Shown here one piece after another: positions 12,548-25,604 of a DNA stretch of 64,000 bases (position 1 is its first letter; each line of letters opens with the position of its first letter). The stretch lies in assembly GCA_907165135.1 (NCBI GenBank), contig OU015568.1, positions 9,982,001 through 10,046,000 of the forward strand, read 5' to 3'. This DNA is from Oikopleura dioica (taxonomy: Eukaryota; Animalia; Chordata). Both the position numbers and the translations under genes were made by a program. Under the pieces are notes generated by a model, which searched no databases, was not told the origin of the DNA, and worked only from the letters and a program-made list of their open reading frames with translations.

Positions 12548-15153
12548 CTAGCTGATCTGAAAATGCCAGAGATTTTTCAGAAAGAATAGACGCTGTTGAA
12601 AGAACTTCCTCTTTCTCAGAAAGTTGGATTTGTCCTTCGTTGAACATCCGCTCGAGCAGATCGTCAATACCAGTCATTCCTCGGACTAGCTTGAGCTGCA
12701 CAGAGGAAGCGATCTCGTCTGTCTCGCGGTCGAAGATTGTCGTGCTGAATTTTTTTTATCAAATAAGCTGAAATAATTTGAATTAACCTGATTCCCTTCT
12801 TGCTTTCCAATCCATATTTCTTGATCATTCTTGCAGTTCGCGATTCCAAATTAGTCTTTTGCGATTCATATTCCAACAAGAACGCTTCCAGGGTAAATGC
12901 GACGACAATGTTCATCACGAGCAAAACTTGAAGCATGTGGAAGAGGATGAAGTAAATGAAAGCGCCGCCATTGCTCACTTTAACATATCCACGTGTGATA
13001 ATATGCCACTGATTGACAACGGTCAGCTCGAAGAGGGTGACGAAAGCGGAGATGAAATCGTTGAAGTTGTTCTTGCAGTAGTTCGCTTTTACGAAGTCAT
13101 CATCAGCGAGAGCAGGATTGCCGCATTTGTACTCGAGTCGACCATCTTCAGTGTTATGCTTTTGATCAGCTACGAGTTCAATTTTACGAAACAGAAAAGA
13201 CGGAAGTTTTACCTCGAACAAGACCCTGGAAAGCTTCCATCCCGATAATAGCAAATACTGTGTATAGACAGACGATTATCACACAGTAAGTTCCAAGACT
13301 TGGAAGAATATTTCGAATTGTCAGAAGAATGATTCTGAAGGACGGAACGGAATTGAAGATCCTGATAAGTCGCAAACACCGAAGAATGAGCAAAATATCC
13401 AACGCTGCGTTTCTTGGCTCGTCCGCAACTGGCCCAATTCCTTTCAGAATCGTAAAAAATATGTTGCACTCTAAACTATACCTGTAAAAATAGTCGCAAT
13501 AACAGTAGCCAAGATGATAAGAAAATCAAACCAATTCCACATGCGATGAATTGAAAAGTATTCGCCCGATCCATAAGCGTAAATTCTCCAGAAAATCTCA
13601 AAACAAAACAGGCTCAAGAAGAAATACTCGGCTTTATACTGATCAAGGCCGATGCAAATTGCATTCACAAGAATAGCCAGATCAAAGAAACGCTGGAACC
13701 ATGTTTTGAACGGTTCATCTTTGCAGAGTCTGATGAACCAGAGAGAAATCGTACTATTGTAAACACGAGGGAAAAACTGCTCAACTAGGGAGAAAGAAGC
13801 ATCGGGATTCTTTTCTAAGATAGTGATGCTTAATAACTCAGCGATTGATAGAAACTCTTCCTCTTCAATGATTTCGCTTCCATCTGATAGAATCAACCAT
13901 CGAGCTGCAATGATGTTTTTGCTCCATAAGGTTTAGCAAAAGCTTAAATCAGAACGAATTCTAAAATAACGGAACCTTTCCTATCACTTGAAGTCTGTTC
14001 CATCAACCATTTGAACGTCGCGTAATCAACTTGGCCAAAAACTCGCTGAAAAATTCTAAAAGCTCTTCTCAACTTCTTCTCCTTCATTCCAAGAATATAT
14101 TCAACATCAGTCTTTACGTTGTTCTTGTAATTGTTATAGATGACTGCAAGGAAAAGGTTCATGAAGATATAGGTATCAAGGATGATGAAAATCATGAAAA
14201 AGATCATCCATCCGTCATTGTCGTTGTACGCAGGCATGAAAACGTCTGGAGAGTTAGCTGTGGTCATCAGAACATAGAGATCGTAGAAACTGTTCCAGTA
14301 GTCTTTGAAATAGTAGCTTGGAGCTCCGTTCTCCGTCATATCTCGCTCGCCGAAAAGCTTCAAAGCCATGAGAGCGAAAAGAAGAATAGAACAAATCAAA
14401 AGCAGGAGAACAGAGAAAATATCGGGAATTGTCTTCCAAATATTCGTGATTGCACGTCGTATAGATTCTTTTTCTTCAGAACAAATGATAAAAAAAGGCC
14501 TTAGAGCTCGCATGAATCGAAAAATTTCCCGTCGTTCCAAGCCATCAGTGTCTGGTCGAACGGAGACTCCTTCAACTTCTCGGAGTATTATGTAAACAAT
14601 GATGTCGATGAAAGTTAATGCAATCGCCAAAGAGAAGACTAAATTTTTCGGATTTTTCCATCTTTCATAACCTTGAGCTCTTCGCAATTGATCAAGACGA
14701 AAACAAAAGAAAAGCAAGATGATAACTTCGATCGACATTGGAATATAATAATACGGCTCGATGTCTAGTCTCTTCACCGCGGGATCCTCAACCAGAAGCA
14801 GCAAAAAAATAACTAACAAGCAAAGTTGATGAAGGAAGAGTAGACCAGGGTTGTTGTAATTCCTCCACGCGATAAATGAGTCTTTGTCTTCGTATATTTC
14901 AATACAACGCCGATTTACTGCATCTTGAACAAGAGTCGTTGCGACCATCAAGTCAGTCATATCTTGGTCAGTTAAATCACTGGCTTTCTTTTTCTGCGAC
15001 TCCGCAACTTTAGAATTTATATGAGCGAAAAATTCGAGGAAGATATTTACCCGGCAGGATTGTGTCATTTCTCGTTTCATAAATGTACTCGTCTTCAATA
15101 AATCCATCATTCCCATCTTGATTAGAATTCTCTAGTGGCACGACAGAGGCCAT
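12548..15153 (-). CDS. Two-pore channel (TPC), probably TPC3-like
   Basis: Two 6-TM repeats; S4 segments FRFMRALRPF and LRCLRLIRIF; pore motifs LMTTANSPDVFMPAY and LFELTVVNQWH; FMNLFLAVIYNNY. Stop at 12548 or 12577 depending on the last intron. Confidence 0.9.
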
Positions 15154-15426
15154 CTCTACCAATTTATCTGCCCTGTGAAATCCTGCTCTGCATAAGACTC
15201 TTGTCAAATAAGTGCGAAAAAGATCCAACATGCAGATACAACGAAGTAATTTTATTTTCATTCATTTGCAAATTGATTTTTATGAAGAAGATGAAAATGA
15301 CGAAGGGAGGAGGGAGTTTTCCATGAAGAAATATTCGAAAAAAGTACAATGAACATTAGATAAGAATAAGTATCAGAAACAGGTTAGAATGTTGAAAGAA
15401 AAGAGCAGAATAAGAAGAATAAACAT

Positions 15427-16842
15427 TTACATAATCGAGCAGGCATTATCTTTTGTGACTTTTACATCGGGTTCTTTAATATCCGGGACTTTTTCTCGAT
15501 TGTCGGAGCGTTTTTCTTTTCGTTCTTCGCGCTTTGAAATTTCCGATAGATCAAAAGCTCCCATGAGCTCGGGTCCCCATCTTGAGCTAAAAACGATTAT
15601 TAGAAAACTGTATTTACACTTTCATACGGTACCTTTTCTCAGGCAGTGAGTATGCTTCGGGTTCAGCAAGGCCATGTGTAGCTTTTAGATTCAGTTCAGG
15701 AAGCTTGTCCGGAATTTTTTGATGGTAAATAAAGCCATTTTCCCGCTCAGCTTTTTCAAGTAGTCTTTTGAGCTCTTTGCCGTAGTTCAGGAAGAAGATC
15801 GCTTTATCTGGATGAACAGTATTTCCAGCGCCACTCTGAAGAATAATCAAATTTCAAAGTATCGACATATACTAAATACCTGTTTTTTGTACTGCTCACA
15901 GACTTTACCACAGTGGATAAACTGATCTCTGGCGTATTGGAGACATTTGACGGCAGTTCCGCACTCTTCCTTTTCCAATTCAGCAGCTCCCTGATAACAC
16001 CAAGTGTAACTGTCGTAAAAGGCGATCTTAAGTTGCAGGTATTTCCGCCATTTGCCAACTATTTCGTCGTTTTTGATCGCGGCAAGTTGTTTATCCGCTT
16101 GCTCGAAGAAGTGTTTGGTATCATTCGCCAGCGCCGCGATCAGAGAGCTTTTGTGCTTTAGCTGGACAGCGCGGGCGATAGTGACTTCTTGAGCTTCTGC
16201 TTTCGACTGCAACATGTAACAGTCTAAAATGATGATGAAAAAAGATGCTTGAGATAAGGAAAATGTTTACCGAGAATATGATGATCAAGATCAGTCCCTG
16301 GATCTGGCTTGTCGAGGAGCCTTTCCGCTTGAGACGGAATTGCCTGGAAAATTCCCGCAGCTTTTTTGAACATCTTCAAGACCTCTTTCGCGTCGTCTTC
16401 TGATATGGATTCTTTCGCTGAAACTCTCGCTCCGTACTTTGAGAGCCAGATCGCAACTTCGAGCATCATTGATGCGAGTTCAAATTGGGCGTCTTGATGG
16501 ACTTCTGGCTTTCCGTCCATGACCAAGGTATCTGACCATTTGAAACGGAAAGAATATCGAAGTTTGTTGTCGCTAGAAAAAGATAAATTTCTGCCTCTGA
16601 AATCGTCTAAACCTGGATGTAACATCAGATAAACCGACAAGCAGTTCGAAATACGAATTTGCTTTTTCCATTACAGTAGCTGGATTGGCAACTTCATCTG
16701 TGAACAGCGCTAGAAGATTCGCCCTGTTTGTTCTCAGATCTTGCAGCATTTTTTCCGCGGGAGTTTTGACGGCGATCCCCTTTCCATCGAATTTCTGAGC
16801 AATCGTGCCTTTTAGCTTATTTCTGTGAAACCAGTGCGACAT
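15427..16842 (-). CDS. BROX: BRO1 domain and CAAX motif protein
   Basis: Starts MSHWFHRNKLK, matching the family signature M(T/S)HWFHRNPLK. Contains KWSDTL, AEAQEVTIARA and LEKAERENGFIYHQKIP. Ends with CAAX ...DNACSIM*. Confidence 0.95.
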
Positions 16843-16965
16843 TTTCTTAAGAAAAATAGGGATGGCACATTTTAACGAGTGAAGTTGTTATCATTATTGC
16901 ACTACAGAAAGAATCATAATTTCGAAAGCAGCAGTAAATTGGTTTAGGTTAAATGCGAAATGTAT

Positions 16966-19413
16966 CTAAAGCTCGTCATGCTTGAACTCATGGTCGTTGA
17001 AATCGTGCGCCCGCGTGGCCCACCATTTAGTATCATCAATGCCGAACCAATTAGCGTAAATTTGCAGCGGATCGCAATTCCAGTGCTTGTGGAAAGAAAC
17101 GGGCGTATTGTTGTCCAGATATCCCTCGCTTATAGAAATTTATACAAGCAATCTTGAGTTGGAGAGTTACCTGTAGTCATCCGGCCTAGCTTGGTGAAAG
17201 TTATTCAAATGAACGATGGGCACGTCCCCATTATGATAGCACAGTCCAATCATCATGTCGTCGGGAGTATCTGGCGCAGGGCACTTGCACCCCAATTTCT
17301 TCCATTTTTCAACGGCTGCTCTTGAAAACAGCATCCCGCCGCCGCCAGTAATGTAAGGGTACCCTCTGCTATTCAAGTTGTAGCCATATCTTTCGCCGAT
17401 GAAAACGGGCTCGGTCGGGTCATAACAAGCACTGAGGCGATGAATTCTATTTTTATTATTTACTCGTCTGAATCATCTGACACTATTTACCTATAAGCAG
17501 ACACAATTGTATCATCATCGGCGACATAGAGCCAGTCATATCCATTCATCTTCAAGAATTCGTCCATAATGTGATACAATTTCTGACAATGCCCACGCTC
17601 AGTATTCGGTCCGGATCGTTCAGTTGGAATATCAGGATCAGTAACATTTGAGTAGTAGATAATATTGTCGAATTTCGGTCCCCATGTTCGCTTGACAACT
17701 TTCAGACGATCTTTGTGAAACATTTGCGTTGTCTTAACTCCAACGAACAGTTTTTCTTTTTCTGTGAGTCCACAATCTGGCAGTTCTAAAAAATTTTTGT
17801 CAACCTAAATAGCTCAATTTAGCTGGGATATTGTGGGAGCATGATCCGAAGATAATGATCAAGACTCGCTTGTTTAGCCCCCAGCTGCGTGCCCTTATCA
17901 GTTCACGATCTTGGTGAAAGTGTCGCGAGATATCGCCCGGTAAGTACTTCTCGATTTTCGCTCTAGCGCCACTATCCACTTACTTGCCCGAGTATATATT
18001 CGGACAGGCATTCGGAGAACTCATCAAAACAGACAATGTCTCAATTCAGCATCGATCTCACTCCTCTTGTCGGCCTCGAGGTTTTCCTCATGCTAGCTTC
18101 CTTCATTTTCGCCCTGACATTAATCGTCCTTCTTGCTGTCCTCTTCCCTCCGACCTGCTGCTACCAGAAAATTTCCGATTCTTACGACAACTTCCGAGCG
18201 CGAACAAAGTCCAACTCATCTGAAAACACTGAGTCTACTGACTACGACAACTACGCTCCACGAGATCTGGAAGCTTTCTTCATCCCCGGTGATCGAATCG
18301 CATCACGTGACAAATACCGAGCCAAGATCATCGGTCCCGAAAGGGATCCTCGCCGCGGTCGAGCTCGATCAACGCGAGATGACGAAGAAATTATCCACTC
18401 TACGATGTACCCCGAAATCCCAACCGTTGTCAAGAAAAATCGATACTTTCCAGGTCTTCAAGAAATCTCCAGAATCAGCTTTACGGAAGAGGGAGATCGC
18501 CTGATGAACGCTCAAGTCGCCCGCGCCTACAGAAAGTACAAAAAGCCCCAGATGCCCACGCCCAGTCCTCGAACTCACACACGAGCAAAACCAGCAGGAA
18601 GCATTCCCAAAACTTCTCATTATGTTGTTTAAAAATAATTTCCCCTGTACAAAAAAAATGTAAATAAATATTTAGAAAATTACCTTTGTGCGAACGCGTA
18701 TAACAGGTTTTCGGACTACGGTGCCAGTTTCCACCGCAAAAATGTTTCGAAGGGGTCAGCTCAATATTTAAATGCGTCTTGACGAACTTCATGAACTCAT
18801 GCTTTGGGTCAATATTGAAATTGTGGTCATTTTCCCAGTCGCTGTAACGGCTAAAACTACTGTTTTAAATGCCAGATAAAGCTGAAAATCACCTTATTAG
18901 AGCATTCATCAAAGGAATGTTCATCAAGAAACCAGCTTCGTAATCAGGGTATCCGAATGTCTTGTACTCTCTCCCGTTTGCACCAAAGAAATGATGGATT
19001 ATCGTCATTTCTTGATCGAACAAAGGGCGCCCAATAATCACTGGCTCTTCAGATTTCTCCAATTCGTCAATATAAGGCAGAAGAAATTCTAGCTCAACTC
19101 TGGTTGTCTCTTCGCCGATAAATATCCATCCAGCATTTTCTTTCAATCGTTCTTTGACAAACGGAAGTGCATTCACAATGAGAAAATGACTGTAATAGTC
19201 TTTCCTGTCTTCCAAATCATCCGCAAAGACTCGACTTTCTGCAGACAGCTTTTTAGCTTGAGTTAACACCGACTCTTTAGCAGCGGCAAGGCGTTTTTGG
19301 TGAAATTTCACGTCGGGATGAGCGGTGCGGAAGAAAAAATGTAGCTTGGGCTTTTCAGAACTGCACAATTGCAACTGTATAAGTAGGTGATAGAGGCAAA
19401 TCAACAACTTCAT
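16966..19413 (-). CDS. B3GLCT: Beta-1,3-glucosyltransferase (B3GLCT, Fringe-like GT31)
   Basis: Signal peptide; FGYPDYEAGF; IDPKHE; LFVGVKTT..FHKDR; GHCQKL; WLYVADDDT; YITGGGGMLFS; PDDMMIG; FHQARPDDY; C-terminal HDEL ER-retention signal. Includes intron 17786-18683. Confidence 0.9.
18036..18632 (+). CDS. Uncharacterised 198-aa single-pass membrane protein, nested antisense in a B3GLCT intron
   Basis: ATG-initiated ORF with an N-terminal hydrophobic helix (VFLMLASFIFALTLIVLLAVLF) followed by PPTCC. A strong upstream GT-AG intron (gtaagt 17940 ... cggacag 18008) on the same strand suggests its own 5' UTR exon. Confidence 0.65.
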   Translation: MSQFSIDLTPLVGLEVFLMLASFIFALTLIVLLAVLFPPTCCYQKISDSYDNFRARTKSNSSENTESTDYDNYAPRDLEAFFIPGDRIASRDKYRAKIIGPERDPRRGRARSTRDDEEIIHSTMYPEIPTVVKKNRYFPGLQEISRISFTEEGDRLMNAQVARAYRKYKKPQMPTPSPRTHTRAKPAGSIPKTSHYVV

Positions 19414-19689
19414 TGTCTAAACTCTTATTTTCGACATTTATTTTGTATCTACTTTGTACAAGGTCATTACAGGTAAAAACTCAATTTTGAAGCACATGGG
19501 TTGATTTTGTGATTTCAGAAGTGTGAAGAATTACAGTAAAAATCGTAGCTATAAACATAAGAAGTAAGAAGGCACATAAATTTTGGTGCAAGGCAATTTC
19601 GGACTAGAAATAATCAGAAAAGACAGGTCAATAGTTGTTAAAAGTTAGGAAATCCTAATTGGCAATAGAAATTAATTAAAATTATTAAA

Positions 19690-22600
19690 TTAGGCTAAAA
19701 GGCCATCATCATGGTCATCATCTCCGATTTCTTCGTCGACGGTTCCAGTGAAAACACCACCACGTCTATGATAATAATTAAATTTTCATGGTGTAATTCT
19801 AACTGTACCTTGGGGTGGGGTTGTCGGTCTCTTCAACAAACTTCTCAGTAACGAGCAACTGCAGAATTTCCAGCGCAAGGTCAACAACAACAGGAGTGGC
19901 AGGGGCTTTTTGCGAGGCGTATCCGGTGATAATATCGAAAATTTCAGATTTGACGATTTCTTCGGCAGCGAATTTGTCGTGTGTAATAACGTTAATGAGG
20001 ACGACCATCGCTCGGTGCTTGATTTCGTGCATTTCATCCAACGCGATGTAGCTGTAAAAGCGTTTTAGAGGCTGTTTGGGGAGTTGTTTATTACCTCAAG
20101 TTCTGGAGCCAAGATTTGCAGCAGTTTCGAATTCGCTTGCAAATCTTTTCAGAAGCAGAGCACATGATTGCCAAAGCACCAGCAGCGGCGAGTCGAGTCT
20201 TTTCGTTGTCTTCCGCGCAAAGGAGGTTCATAAGCTGAATAAAATCAATGAGGTTCTGATAATTTCAGGATTTTCTGTTACCTTGAGTCGATCGTATTTC
20301 TCATCCTCGAACCACTTGACAGTTTCGGAATACAGGCACATGTTGCACATGAGCTCGGTGGCTGCTTGTCGAAGCTCCCAGTGCTCTTCCATCATGTAGC
20401 TCTCGATTTCGTGCATGTACTAAAGTCGATGCTTAGTCACTTCATTTTTTATCGAAGATGTACCTTTTCTTTGAAAATTCTTCGTCGATGCTCTTCATCA
20501 AGCGAGGCCAAGTTGGTCAGGCAGCACATAGCTTCGTAGTTTTGAATAGCAGAGCAGTCGATGTGCATCAAGATCTTGATCAGTTTTGGAATTTCCAAGG
20601 ATCTTGGAACGCAAAATAAGATGGAATTCAATTTCGGAATAACTTACCGTTGACCCGGGAAAGTCAGCGAAGGATTTGTCTGGATGCCGACTCGAGCAAC
20701 GCATTGGGCAGCTTGTCGCATGCCCTCGACAGATCCTTCTCGAGCAAATCCCATCAACATTTTCACACCACCCTGCTGAATGATCATTCCACGATCATCA
20801 GATCGGTGAGACATGGCCAGAATGGATCGAGCAATCAGTTCTCGGATAGAAGTTGTGAGGAGAGCGGTTTCTTGGAGGGTAAGATTGACCAAAGCAGCAC
20901 ATGCACCGTGCTTAAATAATATGAATATATAATTCAATAGATATCTTACCTTGAGAAGTTTGTGGGCTCGTTCTGCAGCACATTCAGGCTTATCCTTGGG
21001 ATGCTCTTCCGGGACGTGGTGCTTGGCAAAAGAAGCCAGCTGCTTCATTTCCTCCATTGGGTCCTCTTTCTTATCATACGCATTGACAACGTTGACAAAA
21101 GTCATCACGACGGAATAGGTGCAACTCTTATCAACTGATTTACACAGGTCATAAAGCGCCGAAAGGGCAATCGTGTCATCAGCCAATTCTTCCTTCACAT
21201 CTGCGTCCAAAGAAAGATAGGAAAGACCTTCAATGGCCCATTTTCGCAAGTCCTGATCTTTCTTTTCATTCGCCAAGAATTTTCGACACTGGCGGGCTAG
21301 CTTGACAGTGGAACCCTCTGCGAACACTCGGCGGGAGACATCAGTACCGTGCGAAGCGCCCAACTTACACAATCCAACAAGCGCGCGGACTTTAATACTG
21401 TCGCTCTTGGTGTTTTTGTAGATCTCTTTGAGTAGCGCCGTACCGTTTTCAACCACGAATGTGACATTTGACGCTTTGTTGATGCAACTGAGGATTGCTT
21501 CAATCGCAGCTTTTTGCACCTCTTCTTCTTCGGAAGAAGTCATAGCAACCATTGACTCCATCACACCAGCAGTACCGAGGAGTTTGTATCCAACATCGAA
21601 TGGGCCAGTGAGGCAGGTAGTGATAAGGGCCATCGCTCGCATGTTGGTTTCGAGATTGACCTCGGCGAAAAGAGCTTTCATGTATTTCTCGGCTCTAGTG
21701 GTGTATTCAAGTCGAGCCTGATCACCACCCATGTCATCGTAGAATTTCGCCAGGCAAACAGCGCAGTTCGATCGAGTATTAGGAGAAATTGGAACTGGTG
21801 ACTTCTCCACATTGTAAGTTCTAGATGCGAGGGAGAGCAATCTTTCGATACCCTTCAGTTCCATGAATTTTAGTACTCGTTCGTTGGTAGCTCCTTTGAC
21901 ATCGTCTCGAGGAACGTTCTTAGCCAGGAGGGTCAGGACATTATCTCGCCCGTATTTCGAGACTTGTCGGTCGAGCATCATGTCGATAAACATGTTGTAG
22001 AATTTAGCCAAATCGTTGGAAACTTCAGGGAGAACAGATTCGTTCATGTGACGAACAATCGGATCGACATCAGATTTGAGAGATTGGACAATTCTGTGAG
22101 CGGTGGACATCGTAGCATTGGAAAGATCTTCATTGTTGGAAGCTAGGAGAGTACGGATTCGTTCGTGGCCAATGATCAACAAAGCCTGGTGGCATCGTGC
22201 CTTGTGATTTCCAAGAACGCCGTCGAGAGCACGAATCGCTGGGAGAGCATAGTCTTCATCATTGTCTTGAAGGAGTTCATTGAGAGCGTTGAGACCGCCT
22301 TCTTGGAAGATTCTTTCTGCGCCAGCTTCGTCTCTGGAAAGATAAATCAGGTTGTTCAAAGCGATCTTCTTCTTGCTCTTGTCCATGTTTTTAGTGTCGA
22401 AGGCGATATCGAACATTTTGTTGACCTTGTTTTCCGTTGATCGTTCTTGAATGTGCGTCAGTTCAACTCGATCTCGGAGACGAGTGATCATCTGCTGAAT
22501 CGCCTTGTTCGACCTGTCCATTTGAAAGAGTCTTTTGCACTCAACATAGGCGCCGGCAAGGTCGTTTTTGAGCTCAAGCGCTTGAACTTTTCGGAAAAGA

Positions 22601-22860
22601 GCTTTGGAGTCGTTCGGGTTGTATCCAAGAGCAACGACGGAATCTTTAATTGCGGAATCGTAGTCTTCCATTTTGATATAGCACGCAGCTCGGTTCTTGT
22701 GGAAAGTATTGAGAGCAGCTTTGCCGCCCTGGTTGAGCTTGATCGCCTTTGTGTAGAAGCAGAGAGCATCTTCGTATTCTGCGCGCTTGAAATGCCAGTT
22801 TCCGCGCTCTTTGCAACTCATCGAGTTTTCTTCGTCGCAGTCGGGCACTTGGACTTCCAT
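19690..22860 (-). CDS. UNC45: UNC-45 myosin chaperone (TPR + UCS/ARM)
   Basis: N-terminal TPRs (KERGNWHFK..Y.DA...YTKAI..NRAACYIKME), KVRALVGLCKLG, KWAIEGLSYLSLDADVKE, NYEAMCCLTNLAS and ELRQAATELMCNM. Confidence 0.95.
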
Positions 22861-23802
22861 CGCTCGGACTCCGTCTCCATCTTCCTGCTTTTGGTTCCAT
22901 CCTGTTTTCGAATGTCCAAAATGATATTTTTATGAAAAAAAGTTAAATTCAAAATAACTTTGTTAATTTAAACTCATCTCACGCAACTACTATGATATCC
23001 TCATAATGGACATTTTCCTGCATCAACTGTTGCCGGCATTTTCTCAATTTTTCTTATATTTTTTCGTCAAAAAGCTTCTTTAAAATCTCTTGCTCGTGTT
23101 CCTCGAAAATTTTCACAAATTTCTTTGCTCCCGGAGGTCTATTTATAAATCGCTCCAGCTGTTTCAAAAGTTGGCTCGGTAGGTGTCACTCTGCTCTTCA
23201 GTCCCTTGCCGAGTGAGTCAGTTGATTCATCCCTTTCTTGTCTCTCTATCTTTCCAACTGGTCCGCGGACTTGTGCGATAAAAGCTCCTCCGCGGGCAGC
23301 CAAATAAAGAAGCACATTCACCGCTGTGAATAGCACGCGCGGGGGAAAACGCGCACGCTCCGCGCGGCCAATCCAGGGTCGAGAAGAATCCAGAAAATAG
23401 GAGATTTCTCGCGAAGGGATGAAAAAAAGAGAGATCGAAAACTTATCGCCGAAGAGTTGAGAAATGTTTCGCTACTGTAACTTTTCGTCAGTCTCAAAGT
23501 TCAAGCTTCTTTTCACACTTTAAGTTACTGTACTTGCTTGTTTTTGGGTTTTATTTCAGGTATACAGTTTCAAATAATTTGTATTGATATTTTGCATAAA
23601 GAATGTTGATAGGGGGAAGGCCAGGTAAGATAGAGTATTGCACAGACTATTTTGGCTAATAATATTTAATAAAGAAGGTCTTGTCCAAAGTTTTTCAATC
23701 TCGCGGCTTCTGAGTTTTTTGACAAGATAAGTTCATGGAAAATCGTCGTTTTGTTCCTCCTCATCATCTAATCCTCATTTATAAAGATAGATTAAATGAT
23801 GT

Positions 23803-25030
23803 TCAATTATTACCGAAATCCTTGAGATCGCCGTTTTCGTCCAGCAGACTGAAATCAGATTCATCCTCATCATCATCAGATTGATCTGCTTCGCTCATTG
23901 TTGTGATTGAATTCTTTTCTGTGCTGGTTTCTTTTTGAACTTCTGTGCTAGTGCTCTCCGAGACTGTTTCATTATCTTCCTCATCGTCTTCATCAGAAAT
24001 TTCATTCACATCCTGGATAACTGGAGCAGCTGTAGCAGGAGCTTGAAGCTCAGCTGGTTTGGCTTCTAGGGAGACGATTTTTGGAGCTGGGGCGGCGGCG
24101 GCCTTGGCAACGTTTTCCGCCGCGCTATAAAAACATAATTATTGATGGGTTTTGTAGCAGAAAGTTTGTAACGAAGTTAGTTTACGATACAAGTTTATGA
24201 TGGTCAAAATTGGTAGTTTTTTCTCTTCGTTGATTTCAGGTCAGCCGCTGATCATCAGCGCTTACTTTTTGCGAAGCGTTTCTTTCGCATTTGTTGCGAG
24301 ACCTTCAATGTTCGCAATACTACAGTAGATTAGGTACTGATCTCTGTTCAACGAAAATCTTATAAAGACTTACAGCGTTTCGGCATCTTCAAGATCTTTT
24401 TTGAGCTTTTCAATTTCCGCGTTTTTGCTCTCCATTTCCAATTTATTTTCCTCGACAATATTCTCCAGTTCATTTTTCTTCGCTCTCAATTCCTCCAAAT
24501 CATCCAGCTGATTTTCAGCATAGAGCTTGTCATCCTTCAAATTGTCCCTTTCGCTCTCCAAATTGCTTTTCTCGCTTTCCAGTTTTCCAATGTCGAATTT
24601 TAAATTTTCAATCTGCGAATTCCGCGTTTCGATATTTTCATTTGCCTCATCAAGGTCATTCTTGACGATGTTCCGCTCGTGCTGAGTCTTTTCAAGCTAG
24701 TAAAAATCATAGCCACTTGTGAAATCTTCAATTTTTATTTTTCCCACCTCGGCTTGAAGAACATCAATTGCCTGCATTTTTTGGAGCTTGGCGTTGTTCA
24801 AATCTGATATTTCATCGGATCTTTGGTCGAGTTCGGCTTTGAGGCTGGAATTCGAGAAGTATAGAAATGCACTGGTCATCATGAAGAATACTGCCACTAA
24901 GACAAATTTTAGCTTAGCTAAAAAAGCTAAAGAGGTCGATAAAATAGTTCAAAGCTCAATTCAAAATTTGAATCTCCTTTTTACAAAACTTACAGTAAAA
25001 AGTGTAAGGTCTTCCACCGCGTTTATTCAT
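23803..25030 (-). CDS. Type II membrane coiled-coil protein with acidic C-terminus, GOLM1/GOLIM4-like architecture
   Basis: Spliced N-terminus MNKRGGRPYTFY|LAVFFMMTSAFLYFSN gives a short basic tail plus TM. Long heptad-rich region and D/E-rich end. Family call rests on architecture only. Confidence 0.55.
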
Positions 25031-25604
25031 GTCTCTGCCTGTGTTTGCTCTTGTGTACTGAGTAGGAATACCCACGGTCCTTTCCCGCTTCGCAAAGGGG
25101 AGAAAATTTCTATTGAAATAAAAAGTATTCCCTTGCTTGGTCATCTCCGGCCTCAAACTAAAAGAAAAAACACAAAAGAGCGCTCTCCTATGCGCTCAAC
25201 TCCGAATCTTTACGGCTTGATGAGAAAAGAAAGAAAAACGAGTATCGAGGCTTTTTTGTTTTGGCTTTATAACGGCCGGGCACAAAACAGAACCGTTTAA
25301 AATTAATGGACCCTCTCACATCGAGCCTGTCATCGTAAAAATTAATTCTCATAATTCTTTATTGTTTACGAAATTCATGTTCAAATAAAATCTCGAATCG
25401 TTCATAAAACTGGCTTAATTTTTTCATATTTTTATATTCGCGGCTTTTATTAAAAAAACCTGACTCAGGACCCTGACTCAGGTTTTCTGCACATCTTACT
25501 GGTCTGGGTAGTTTCTTAGAAAAAAATGATAAATTTCTAGAATTTCGGAAAACCATCTTTCTAGATTTTGTCTAGATATCTCGTCGCCTCTCATTTCGGC
25601 AAAA
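25031..25604. promoter_or_regulatory. Divergent (bidirectional) promoter region with three TCTAGA motifs
   Basis: Lies between the oppositely oriented GOLM-like ATG (25030) and the first E(z) ATG (25605). TCTAGA at 25536, 25560 and 25571. Confidence 0.55.

Noticed and set aside
20911-20949. Odd hydrophobic insert VRYLLNYIFILFK in the UNC45 ORF, and a similar tail in ORF 30202
   Set aside because: Ordinary short GT-AG introns (39 nt in frame for UNC45) read through by the ORF finder.
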